Assembly (NCBI GenBank): GCA_963749075.1
Contig: CAVVLJ010000021.1
Span: 224,001 to 288,000, forward strand
Direction of reading: 5' to 3'
Source of the DNA: an uncultured Pseudomonadota bacterium
GTDB taxonomy: Bacteria; Pseudomonadota; Alphaproteobacteria; JACZXZ01
Length of the DNA: 64,000 nt
Part shown: positions 49,691 to 58,370 of the stretch, one piece after another
Layout: the number at the start of each line of letters is the position of its first letter
Position numbering within the stretch: position 1 is the first letter of the stretch
Made by a program: the position numbers and the translations under genes
The notes under the pieces: model-generated
What the model was told of the DNA's origin: nothing
Seen by the model: only the letters and a program-made list of their open reading frames with translations
Databases searched by the model: none

Positions 49691-50063
49691 TGCCCGGTCC
49701 ATGCCAGCTACGTTCCATCCTCGCGGCTATGTCGAGGGCGGAAAATTCTATCCCAACTCCACCGCCAGGCGTGCTTGGTGGTGGCTTTCGCTTCCCTTTA
49801 AGATCGTCGTTTATCCATTGGCGTTGGCATTCTTTAACTACTTCATCGCCCTGATTTTCTTTCCGGCTTTTGTTGTTATTGGCGTCTTAGAGGTCTTCGC
49901 GCTTCTGATTTGGATGGGCGGGGGATTCCGAAAAAAGCGCGGCGTCTATGAAGGCGATTGCCCGCACTGCGAGCGGCATTTCTACCTGGCTGGCAAGCTC
50001 GGAAACTGTCCGATTTGCACAAAGCGGGTAATCGTCGAGAACGATCAATTCGTCGCCCTTTAG
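49683..50063 (+). CDS. Hypothetical membrane protein with C-terminal zinc ribbon
   Basis: GGAGGGG SD; long hydrophobic segment; CPHC...CPIC. Confidence 0.65.
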   Translation: MSDARSMPATFHPRGYVEGGKFYPNSTARRAWWWLSLPFKIVVYPLALAFFNYFIALIFFPAFVVIGVLEVFALLIWMGGGFRKKRGVYEGDCPHCERHFYLAGKLGNCPICTKRVIVENDQFVAL

Positions 50064-50504
50064 CTTGCAACGGTTGGGCGGAAGCGCCCGGAAGTCGAAC
50101 CCGGATCGCGACTTAAGTCGTTGCGCGGTGAGAGGCGCGCAGCGCGACCGCGAGACCAAATCCGGCAGAGATACCGTTCGCGCATCGCGCGCGTCGCGCG
50201 GAGCGGTCCTGAAAGCGTGAGCGTTCCGGTGCACTGGCAACGCCAAGCGCGGTCCCGGGGCTTCCGAGCGGCCTGCCAACCTAGGCTTCCCGCGGACGGC
50301 TCCGCATGGCCATCCGCCCGTGCTCACGGGTGCCCTGAGCCTTGAACGCCCTCGCGCGGAATGCGGCGCTTGGCGTGCTTGACGCCCGCCGCGAGCGCCA
50401 GGGTAGCGGCGTGCTTCGGCCGATTTCCGATGGGTACGCGATTCTGTATCCTATTCTCTCCCCCCGGGCGCATGTATGATAATCCGCAACTGAGGGAGCG
50501 GGAC

Positions 50505-50966
50505 ATGGCGATTCCGAAGAGGGCCGTTGAGCGCATCACCGCCGGTTTGAAGAAGTATCAAGCCGTGCTGACCGACGCCAAGAATCGAGACATCAACGAA
50601 AGCGATACGGTGACCATCATTAGGAACATCGTATCTGACCTTCTTGGCTACAAGAGGTTTACCGAGATAACCTCTGAGCTTCCGGACCACTCCGGAGGCT
50701 ATATCGATCTTGCCGTGAAGGTGGACAAAGAAATACGGTTCTTGATCGAAGCGAAAGCCATCAACGTCGACCTCAAGGAATCTCACGTGAGGCAAGGCGT
50801 CAACTACGGCGCCGGCTTGGGTACCGAATGGGTAATCCTGACGAATGGGGTGCATTGGCGCATTTACAAAATCCATTTCGGACAACCAATCGAGCATATT
50901 TTGGTGCGCGAACTGGATTTGCTCGCGGCTACTTCTCCAATTCGTCAAGCGTCCGGAGCCTCTTAG
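50505..50966 (+). pseudogene. Type I restriction HsdR N-terminal-like PD-(D/E)xK nuclease domain protein, probably C-terminally truncated
   Basis: 'NESDT', 'LLGY', 'YIDLAV', 'LIEAKA', 'Q...Y', 'WVILTNG..W'; ends shortly after the nuclease domain. Confidence 0.7.
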
Positions 50967-51064
50967 AGACACCAGCCGCCGGCGCATTCGCGTCGCTTCA
51001 AATTTTAGGAGTCAATTCGACCAATCTTTTACCACATATCGTTGGTTTTGTTAACTCATCACCA

Positions 51065-51766
51065 TTAAACTTCCTCATGTGCTGCCCCCCTCCCCACATT
51101 GCAGTCGTCACAGAGCGTACGGAGATTCTGAATCGTCGCTGGCCCGCCAGCCCATTCAGGATATATGTGATCTACGTGCAGCTTCAGGCCAGTGCAGGCT
51201 GCAGGCGACCGACCGCACAAGACGCAGCGAAAACTGTCGCGCTTTATCACATCATATCGGAGCTTCAGGGGAAGTGGTCGCTTTGGGCGTGTTGCGCGGC
51301 CAGTCAATCCGGTCTCTATTGGATTGGTATCACTTCGCTCTGAGGTCAGTCCCCCGCCCCGAGCAGAGCGCTCCAGCACTGCTTCACACGCCTTAATCCA
51401 GGAGCCCCATCGCCTCAGGTAAGGCCCCTGAGAGAATTCACAACCGTACTTCGTTAGGTCATCTCGGTACGGACGACGTCCCTCTGCCTCAAGGGCCACA
51501 TCCCAAACTCTCTCGAGTTCATCGAGAAGTTTCTCATCCGGGACATTTCGGTGGAATGGCAAGCTCGCTAGGCCAGCGGCTCTGAGTGCTGGCCGCAATC
51601 CTCCGAACCTCATCTTTAGGATCGCATACGAGCAGCGGGCATGGGTCTCAATATCACTCATTACAAGGGTGCTCTTTCCCAGGAGTCCCGCAACGCGGCG
51701 AAGCTCATCAAGAAGGGATTTCTCGGAGTAGTCGCTGAGACGATCTAGGCTGGCTTCCCGACTCAC
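51065..51766 (-). CDS. HNH endonuclease with two homing-endonuclease-associated repeats
   Basis: Two repeats of the 'LLDEL.RV...RFG/RWGSW..A' type; C-terminal 'RDSFRCVLCG...LHVDHI.P...GG.....NLRTLCDDCN'. Confidence 0.88.
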   Translation of the reverse strand: MSREASLDRLSDYSEKSLLDELRRVAGLLGKSTLVMSDIETHARCSYAILKMRFGGLRPALRAAGLASLPFHRNVPDEKLLDELERVWDVALEAEGRRPYRDDLTKYGCEFSQGPYLRRWGSWIKACEAVLERSARGGGLTSERSDTNPIETGLTGRATRPKRPLPLKLRYDVIKRDSFRCVLCGRSPAACTGLKLHVDHIYPEWAGGPATIQNLRTLCDDCNVGRGAAHEEV

Positions 51767-52117
51767 GATGTGACCTCTTCACCGCATAGGGATTCAGCCC
51801 CTCCCGCAGAATCTTCGGTTAGATTCTGGTCGTTTTGATCTGACATTCCCCGGATGACCGGGTTATCGAGCATCGCAGTAATACTTCCCTGCTCGCGGTT
51901 CCCGAGCGAAGCACATGATGCCCAAGTTCGCCCGCTACTGCCACCGAATTTGGTCTTCTTGAACGGTTCACAGCTCGGCTTCTGGTCATCCGACCCTCAG
52001 GGTGACCGTCGCCTACCACCGTAAGGACCTAAAGCAGAAGACGCTGCACAATCTCTGCGTGTGCTGGGCCGCCAAAGGCGTTTGATCCGCCGTTCGATTC
52101 AGGCGCTCTGCGGGAGG

Positions 52118-52843
52118 TTACGTGGAGGAGGGGTGCGGGAACGCCTTAACAAGGTCTCGATGCTGGCGGCCTCGTTCCACCGCTCTCATCGCCATCGGAA
52201 TATTCGACCTGCGCCTCATCGTCATTGCCGCGGCTTCCTCTGCTGTTGCCGCCGCTTTCCAAACCGCCTCTATTGCTCGCGCTGCTTCCCCGGCTGTCTG
52301 CGCCCCCTGCGCGCCCAACACCGTTATCACTCCCGCCCACACCGCATTGCCTACCCAGGCCGCCGCCTTGGCCTTCGCCCAATCCGCCCACGCCGCCTCT
52401 GCCGTGGTCCGAGACATCACGCGCGCGATCCACAATCTTCGGATTGCTGCCCTTGTCTCCGCCCCCGCCCCCTGCCGAGCCCACTTCCATGCCACCGACG
52501 GCGCGACAAGATTGACGGTGTCGTCGCCGCTGCACCAGCGGTCGATGAGCTCGAGGCAGTCGAGCACCCGCCTATCCGATGTATGGACCGAAGCGCGCTT
52601 CAGCGCGGGCAGTACTGTTCCGGCGATCACGGCACGGCGCACCGCAATATCATGCCATTCGAGCGCGCGAATGCACCACAGCGCATCGGTGTCACCATTT
52701 GCCATGGCTATGGTGCCAAGGCTGACGAGACAGTCAGGATCATATTTCCCGTCGCTGTAGCCCAGACCAGCCAAAAGCTTCTCCCATGCCGATTTGGAAA
52801 GTCGGCACTTGTAGATATCTTCTAGCGTTATCGTCGGGTTCAT
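52118..52843 (-). CDS. Hypothetical phage-like protein with an Ala/Trp-rich tail
   Basis: N-terminal 'TLEDI...AWEKLL..LG....D..VSL.TI...NG..DALWC.RAL' resembles small phage proteins I recall; Ala-rich repeats downstream. Confidence 0.6.
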   Translation of the reverse strand: MNPTITLEDIYKCRLSKSAWEKLLAGLGYSDGKYDPDCLVSLGTIAMANGDTDALWCIRALEWHDIAVRRAVIAGTVLPALKRASVHTSDRRVLDCLELIDRWCSGDDTVNLVAPSVAWKWARQGAGAETRAAIRRLWIARVMSRTTAEAAWADWAKAKAAAWVGNAVWAGVITVLGAQGAQTAGEAARAIEAVWKAAATAEEAAAMTMRRRSNIPMAMRAVERGRQHRDLVKAFPHPSST

Positions 52844-52972
52844 CGCGGGAAGTATCTGAAGGCCACGAGCCCAATTTCGCGCGGCGAGCCGGCGCCCTCG
52901 TGATCCGCCGGTCTCCGTATGGCGAGGTTACATACGAGCGCCCGACATGTCGAGCGCGCACGCTGACCCGAA

Positions 52973-53572
52973 TTATAAAACATGGCTTCCTAATCCCGAA
53001 ACTGGTGGCCTTTGATCTAAATTCTTATACATCTCCCTCAACATCTCCGCAGCCCACCGCCGTTGTTGATGTGGTGATTTCGCACCTAGCCCCCTCAATG
53101 AGTGTGAATCTGTAATGACGTTGGTGAGCGGGTGGTCCTTCCGCATCATGTCTGGATGCGTCGCTAAAAACCAGGTAAGGAAAGCGGTTATTGCAAGTGG
53201 TGTCCGCGGACATTTGTATACAGTGAGATAGTCGACGCAAGCAGCAAAGAGTACAAACTCATTCGACCTGGGGTCAAATCGCTCAAGTTCAGTAAATGAA
53301 TCATTTCTTGCATGTTTGAAATAGTTATATGCTTCCCAAATCTTTTTGTGCCATTCCTTCTGATGCTGCTCAACAATGTAATCCTGCCAAATGTCACGGA
53401 CGCTTGTCGCGCCCTTGTGCGCGCAAACATCATAAAGGATTTGGCTCGCAGAACTCGCCAGTACATGAATTGAGATCGCATCATCATCGCAAAAGAACAA
53501 AACAATGGCTGTTTCAAGCTGTCGCGAAGCTGCTTCCTGCTTGGTGATATCGGTGCGTGCGCCATCCGTCAT
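52973..53572 (-). CDS. Hypothetical protein, possibly HEPN-like
   Basis: 'ITKQEAASRQLETAI.LFF...D.ISIH.LA' and 'YNYFKHA'; AT-rich codon usage; 1-bp TAATG overlap with the upstream gene. Confidence 0.7.
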   Translation of the reverse strand: MTDGARTDITKQEAASRQLETAIVLFFCDDDAISIHVLASSASQILYDVCAHKGATSVRDIWQDYIVEQHQKEWHKKIWEAYNYFKHARNDSFTELERFDPRSNEFVLFAACVDYLTVYKCPRTPLAITAFLTWFLATHPDMMRKDHPLTNVITDSHSLRGLGAKSPHQQRRWAAEMLREMYKNLDQRPPVSGLGSHVL

Positions 53573-54060
53573 TAGCGGGGCGAGTCCAGTACGGCTCTCA
53601 ACGCGGCGAGGAGGACGTAGCCACGGGGATGGATATAGCGGCCGATGGGCGTGGCGCAGAGCAAGCGCCCAAGCCAGCCGAGGTTCTGGCGGAGGTCAGC
53701 ACGGAAAGCGGCCAGGGCGGTGGAGACGCCGGGAGCAAGAAAGGGGTAGAACACGTCGCCCATCACGACCGGCAGGGCTTCGCGGGCTTCGCGAAGGACA
53801 TAGGTTGCGACCGAGTCAATGTCGATCACTTCCCCGTCTTTCAGGGTACGTATCCCGATCCACGGGCCACCCCTGCCGCCATCCGCAACAATTCGGCCCT
53901 GTGGGACCGCCACCATCCTATTAAAGCCTTCTTCTGAGATCGCGCCGTCGTTCCGCAGCCTTTCAAATGCGCGGTATTGCCAATCACACAGCAGCTGGAA
54001 TGCCCTCCCATATTTCGCATCCCCTGCGGCAGCAACCACTCTTGCCGTTTCGATGTCCAT
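53572..54060 (-). CDS. Hypothetical protein
   Basis: 162-aa ORF with GGAG upstream; its stop overlaps the next start (TAATG). Confidence 0.6.
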   Translation of the reverse strand: MDIETARVVAAAGDAKYGRAFQLLCDWQYRAFERLRNDGAISEEGFNRMVAVPQGRIVADGGRGGPWIGIRTLKDGEVIDIDSVATYVLREAREALPVVMGDVFYPFLAPGVSTALAAFRADLRQNLGWLGRLLCATPIGRYIHPRGYVLLAALRAVLDSPR

Positions 54061-54327
54061 CGGACGGAATGCTCCAGTAGCGAGGCCCGCGCTTTCAGCT
54101 GATCATTACAAGAACCCCAACCCAGTCGTCTTGTCGCCGCAATGCCGACAAACAGATTACATCTTACAACGGTATTTGCCGGCACAGAGTTTTGGCGCTA
54201 GGTTGCCGCTCGGTTTGCGGATCGAGCCGTACCCCCCGCGCGGAGATCGGTAAGACCAGCGGCCCTGAGCCTATAGAGAGCCTAGAGAATTTTGTAAAAT
54301 GTTAACTCATTGATATTATTTAGAAAT

Positions 54328-54402
<75 letters not shown>

Positions 54403-54414
54403 TAAGCTTCGAAG

Positions 54415-55172
54415 TGACGTGCTCCCCTTCGGTCCCTCACTGATAATGAGAAGTCCTGGGTTTTCATACAGTCTCCGCCTGCGCGATGGTAGCGGGCGAT
54501 CGGCGGAGCTGGCCGGGGTTGCGCAGCCGATCGCCCGCGGCTTGGATGCGCACGGCCTCAGGGGTGGGGCCGCCGTGCGCCGAATGCGGCCGCACCTGGT
54601 TGTAATCTCGACGCCAGCGCTCGATGACCGCCCGGGCTTCGGCGAGGCCGGCGAAGACCTCCTCATTCAGGCATTCGTCGCGGAAGCGGCCGTTGAAGCT
54701 CTCGACGAAGGCGTTCTGCACCGGCTTTCCCGGCGCGATGTAGTGCCAGTCGATGCCGGTGCGGTTGCTCCGCTCGAGCACGGCGCGTGAGGTCAGCTCG
54801 GTGCCATTGTCCGAGACGGTCGTAGCAGGTCGGCCACGCCGGGCGATGAGGGTGTCGAGCTCGCGCACGACTCGCAGGCCGCCGATCGAGGTGTCGACGA
54901 CCAGGGCCAACGCCTCGCGGGTGAAGTCATCGACCACCGCGAGCACCCTGATCCGGCGCCCCCAGCCGAGCATGTCGGCGACGAAGCCGAGCGACCAGCG
55001 CTGGTTCGGGCCCTGGGGGAGCGCCAGCGGCGCCCGCGTGCCGGTGGCGCGCTTGCGGCCGCGCCGGCGGCGCACGCTCAGCCCTTCATCCCGGTAGAGC
55101 CGCAGCAGCTTCTTGTGGTTCATCACCATTCCCTCCCGTGCCGGCAGAATGCCGAGCCGGCGATAGCCGGGC
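54415..55172 (-). mobile_element. IS3-family (IS407-group-like) remnant: OrfB integrase core and right end only
   Basis: 'GYRRL', 'NHKK..RLYR.EGL', 'PNQRWSL', 'VVDDFTRE', 'SDNGTE', 'PGKPVQNAFVESFNGRFRDECLN', 'YN..RPHS'; terminus TGACGTGCTCCCC at 54415; orfA and left end missing; the first DDE Asp appears replaced (WSLGF). Confidence 0.88.
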
Positions 55173-55317
55173 TGCTTTGCCGCGATTACGGATGTAATCT
55201 CCCTTCTGATAAGCTTCACTGGGATCATTGGGAGCCACAGCACGTGAACGGTCTTGCGGCCACGGTCATGACGGGGCGATCGTGGCTTGGCGATGAGGGC
55301 GGGCAATTCGGAGCCGC

Positions 55318-56715
55318 ATGATGGACCGCATCGAGAACCGGACCTTTGACGAGATGAAGCCGGGAGATTCGGCGAGCCTCGTGCGGACGCTCACCCATAA
55401 GGACATCGAGCTCTTCGCCATCATGTCGGGGGACGTCAACCCCTCGCACGTGGACGAGGAGTTCGCCAAGAGCGACATGTTCCACAGGGTGGTGGCCCAC
55501 GGCATGTGGGGCGGCTCGCTGATCTCGGCGGTGCTCGGAACCGAGCTCCCGGGTCCCGGAACCGTCTATATCGAGCAATCTCTGCGTTTCCACCGGCCCG
55601 TCGGCCTGGGCGACACGATCACGGTGACGGTGACCGTGAAGAGCAAGACCGCAGAAAAGCATCGCGTCATCTTCGACTGCCGCGCCGCGAACCAGCGCGG
55701 CGAGGTGGTCATCTCCGGCACGGCCGAGGTCATTGCGCCGACCGAGAAGGTTTCCCGCGAGCGTATCGTCCTCCCCGAAGTCGAGCTCAAGGAGACGGGC
55801 CGGCGCTATAGGCGCCTGATCGAGATGACCCGCGGCCTCGCGCCGATCCGTACCGCGGTCGTCCACCCGGTCGACACGCCCTCCCTGCTCGGCGCCGTCG
55901 AAGCGGCGCGCGCCAATCTCATCGTGCCGGTGCTGGTGGGGCCTGAGGCCAGGATCCGCGCCGCCGCGGCCGAGGCCCGGCTCGATCTGGCGACTTACGA
56001 GATCGTAGCTAAGGAGCACAGCGAGGCCGCGGCGGCCGAGGCCGTCGCCATGGCCCGCGCCGGCAAGGTCGAGGCGCTCATGAAGGGTGCCCTCCATACG
56101 GACGAGCTCATGCATGCGGTCGTCGACGGCGAGCGCGGCTTGCGCACCTCCCGGCGCATCAGCCACGTCTTCGCGATCGACGCGCCCGGCTATCCGAGGG
56201 CGCTTTTCGTCACCGACGCGGCGATCAACGTCTATCCCACGCTGGAGGAGAAGCGCGACATCGTCCAGAACGCGATCGATCTGGCGCACGCGCTCGGCAT
56301 CGCGGAGCCGCGCGTGGCGATCCTCTCGGCGGTCGAGACCGTGACGGAGAAGGTCAAGTCCACGCTCGACGCCGCAGCGCTCTGCAAGATGGCCGACCGC
56401 CGCCAGATCACCGGCGGCATCCTCGACGGCCCGCTCGCCTTCGACAATGCCGTCTCCCTGGAGGCGGCCAAGACGAAGGGGATCGTCTCGCCGGTCGCCG
56501 GCCGGGCCGACATCTTCGTGGTGCCGGACCTCGAGGCCGGCAACATGCTGGCGAAGCAGCTCGAGTACCTTGCAGGCGCGCAAATGGCCGGCATCGTGCT
56601 CGGCGCGCGCGTGCCGATCATACTGACGAGCCGCGCCGACAAGACCCTCGCGAGGCTCGGCTCGTGCGCCATCGCACTGCTGCTGGCGCGCCACAAGTCG
56701 GGGGCCAAGCCGTGA
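55318..56715 (+). CDS. Bifunctional MaoC enoyl-CoA hydratase / phosphate acetyl(butyryl)transferase
   Basis: 'SGDVNPSH', 'AHGMWGG', 'LPGPGT'; 'LMKGALHT', 'TDAAIN', 'DGPLAFDNA', 'PDLEAGNML', 'LTSRAD'. Confidence 0.93.
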   Translation: MMDRIENRTFDEMKPGDSASLVRTLTHKDIELFAIMSGDVNPSHVDEEFAKSDMFHRVVAHGMWGGSLISAVLGTELPGPGTVYIEQSLRFHRPVGLGDTITVTVTVKSKTAEKHRVIFDCRAANQRGEVVISGTAEVIAPTEKVSRERIVLPEVELKETGRRYRRLIEMTRGLAPIRTAVVHPVDTPSLLGAVEAARANLIVPVLVGPEARIRAAAAEARLDLATYEIVAKEHSEAAAAEAVAMARAGKVEALMKGALHTDELMHAVVDGERGLRTSRRISHVFAIDAPGYPRALFVTDAAINVYPTLEEKRDIVQNAIDLAHALGIAEPRVAILSAVETVTEKVKSTLDAAALCKMADRRQITGGILDGPLAFDNAVSLEAAKTKGIVSPVAGRADIFVVPDLEAGNMLAKQLEYLAGAQMAGIVLGARVPIILTSRADKTLARLGSCAIALLLARHKSGAKP

Positions 56716-57909
56716 GCGACGCCATCCTCGTCCTCAACGCCGGCTCGTCGAGCATCAAGTTCTCCGTCTTCCCGGGCCATGCGCGGCCGAGCCGCGAGGG
56801 CCTCATCTGCGCGGGCGAGCATGAAGGGATCGGCCACCGCGTGCATTTCACGGCGAAGGACCGCGCCGGCGCGTCGCTGGTCGACGAGTATCTCGCGGCA
56901 GGGACCGCTCACGAGGAGGCGCTCGCCGTGCTTCTGCGCTGGCTGGAACGCCGATATCCGGACGAGCGCCTGGTCGCGGTCGGCCATCGGGTGGTGCATG
57001 GCGGATCGCGCTATACGGCGCCGGTCCGCATCGACGCCTCGGTGATCGCCGAGCTCCGCCGTCTCATTCCGCTGGCGCCGCTCCATCAGCCCCATCACCT
57101 TGCCGCCATCGCGGCCGTGTCGAAGCTGCACCCGACGCTTGCCGCAGATCGCCTGCTTCGACACCGCCTTCCACCATACAGAGCCGGCACTCGCCACCGC
57201 CTTCGCCCTGCCGCGCCGGCTCACGGCCGAGGGTGTCAGGCGCTACGGATTTCACGGCCTCTCTTACGAATATATAGCCAGCACCCTTCCGGACGTCCTC
57301 GGTCCGGCAGCCGCGGATGGCCGCGTGGTCGTCGCCCACCTCGGCAGCGGCGCCAGCATGTGCGCGATGCGCGCACGCCAGAGCGTGGCAACGACCATGG
57401 GCTTCACGGCACTCGATGGCCTGCCGATGGGCCGCCGCTGCGGCAACCTCGACCCGGGGGTCATTCTCTACCTCTTGCAGGAGAAGGGCATGACGGCGGC
57501 CGAGGTCAGCGATCTTCTCTATCGCGACTCCGGCCTCTTCGGCGTCTCCGGCATCAGCGACGACATGCGGACGCTCCTGGCCAGCGACCGTCCGTCGGCG
57601 GCGGAGGCGGTGGCGCTCTTCGTCTACCGCATCGGCCGCGAGCTCGGCTCCCTGGCCGCGGCTCTCGGCGGCCTCGACGCGCTGATCTTCACCGCGGGAA
57701 TAGGCGAGCGCGCGCCCGAGATCAGGCGCCGGGTCTCAGCGGACGCCGCCTGGCTCGGCGTGCGTCTCGACGAAAGTGCCAATGCGGCCGGCGGTCCGCG
57801 GATCGCCCTTGCGGGCAGCCGGACGTCGGTCTGGGTCATTCCGACGGACGAGGATCTGATGATCGCGCGGCACGCCTGGACGGTGTTGAACGCACAGGCA
57901 GCCGCTTGA
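56712..57909 (+). pseudogene. ackA: Acetate/propionate kinase with a single frameshift near 57140
   Basis: 'LNAGSSSIKF', 'GHRVVHGG', 'LAPLH' in one frame; 'ACFDTAFH', 'RYGFHGLSY', 'HLGSGAS', 'FTAGIGE', 'PTDE' in the next; an extra T in ACGCTTGCCGCAG. Confidence 0.88.
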
Positions 57910-57945
57910 GAGGCATGGCTGAGACGCCATCGAGGAGAGAGCGAC

Positions 57946-58275
57946 ATGGCAGAGACTGGCTCGCATCCGGAGTTGGAGATGCGCCTCACGGCCTTGGCGG
58001 CGCGCATCGCCGAGCTCAGGCTGAAGATGGCTCGGGCGAAGGGCCTCGAGAAGATCGAGGCGTTCGGCGAGATCGATGAATTGGAGCGGCGCCGCAAGAC
58101 GCTCGAGGAGCAGGTCCAAAGGCTCACGCGCGCGGGGCCGGGCTTCCGGCAGGACGTGAAGATCGAAATCGAGAAGATGGCCGGCGACCTCAAGGACACC
58201 GTCGAGGATTTCGTGATGTGGCTCGATTCGGGCTCGCGGCCCGACCGGCGTCCGAAGGGGCTGGGCGGGTCCTAG
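57946..58275 (+). CDS. Hypothetical coiled-coil protein
   Basis: GAGGAG SD; 109-aa helical ORF in the operon. Confidence 0.7.
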   Translation: MAETGSHPELEMRLTALAARIAELRLKMARAKGLEKIEAFGEIDELERRRKTLEEQVQRLTRAGPGFRQDVKIEIEKMAGDLKDTVEDFVMWLDSGSRPDRRPKGLGGS

Positions 58276-58370
58276 CTGCGCTCTCGGCAGACTCCCCGAT
58301 CCGAGGCGCTCGACGCGGCGCGATCGCGGCCCGCCTCGCTGCTGGCGGAGCCAACTGGCAAGAGGCCGAC

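Larger units (their letters stand above)
48858..54327. mobile_element. tRNA-Thr-anchored genomic island without a recognisable integrase
   Basis: Bounded by identical 75-bp direct repeats (complete tRNAs), visibly AT-richer than the flanks, with nuclease and phage-like cargo and inward-facing terminal motifs. Confidence 0.85.

Noticed and set aside
55206-55219. FNR/FixK-like box (CTGAT-N4-TTCAC) upstream of MaoC-Pta
   Set aside because: Only 7 of 10 consensus positions match; it could be chance.
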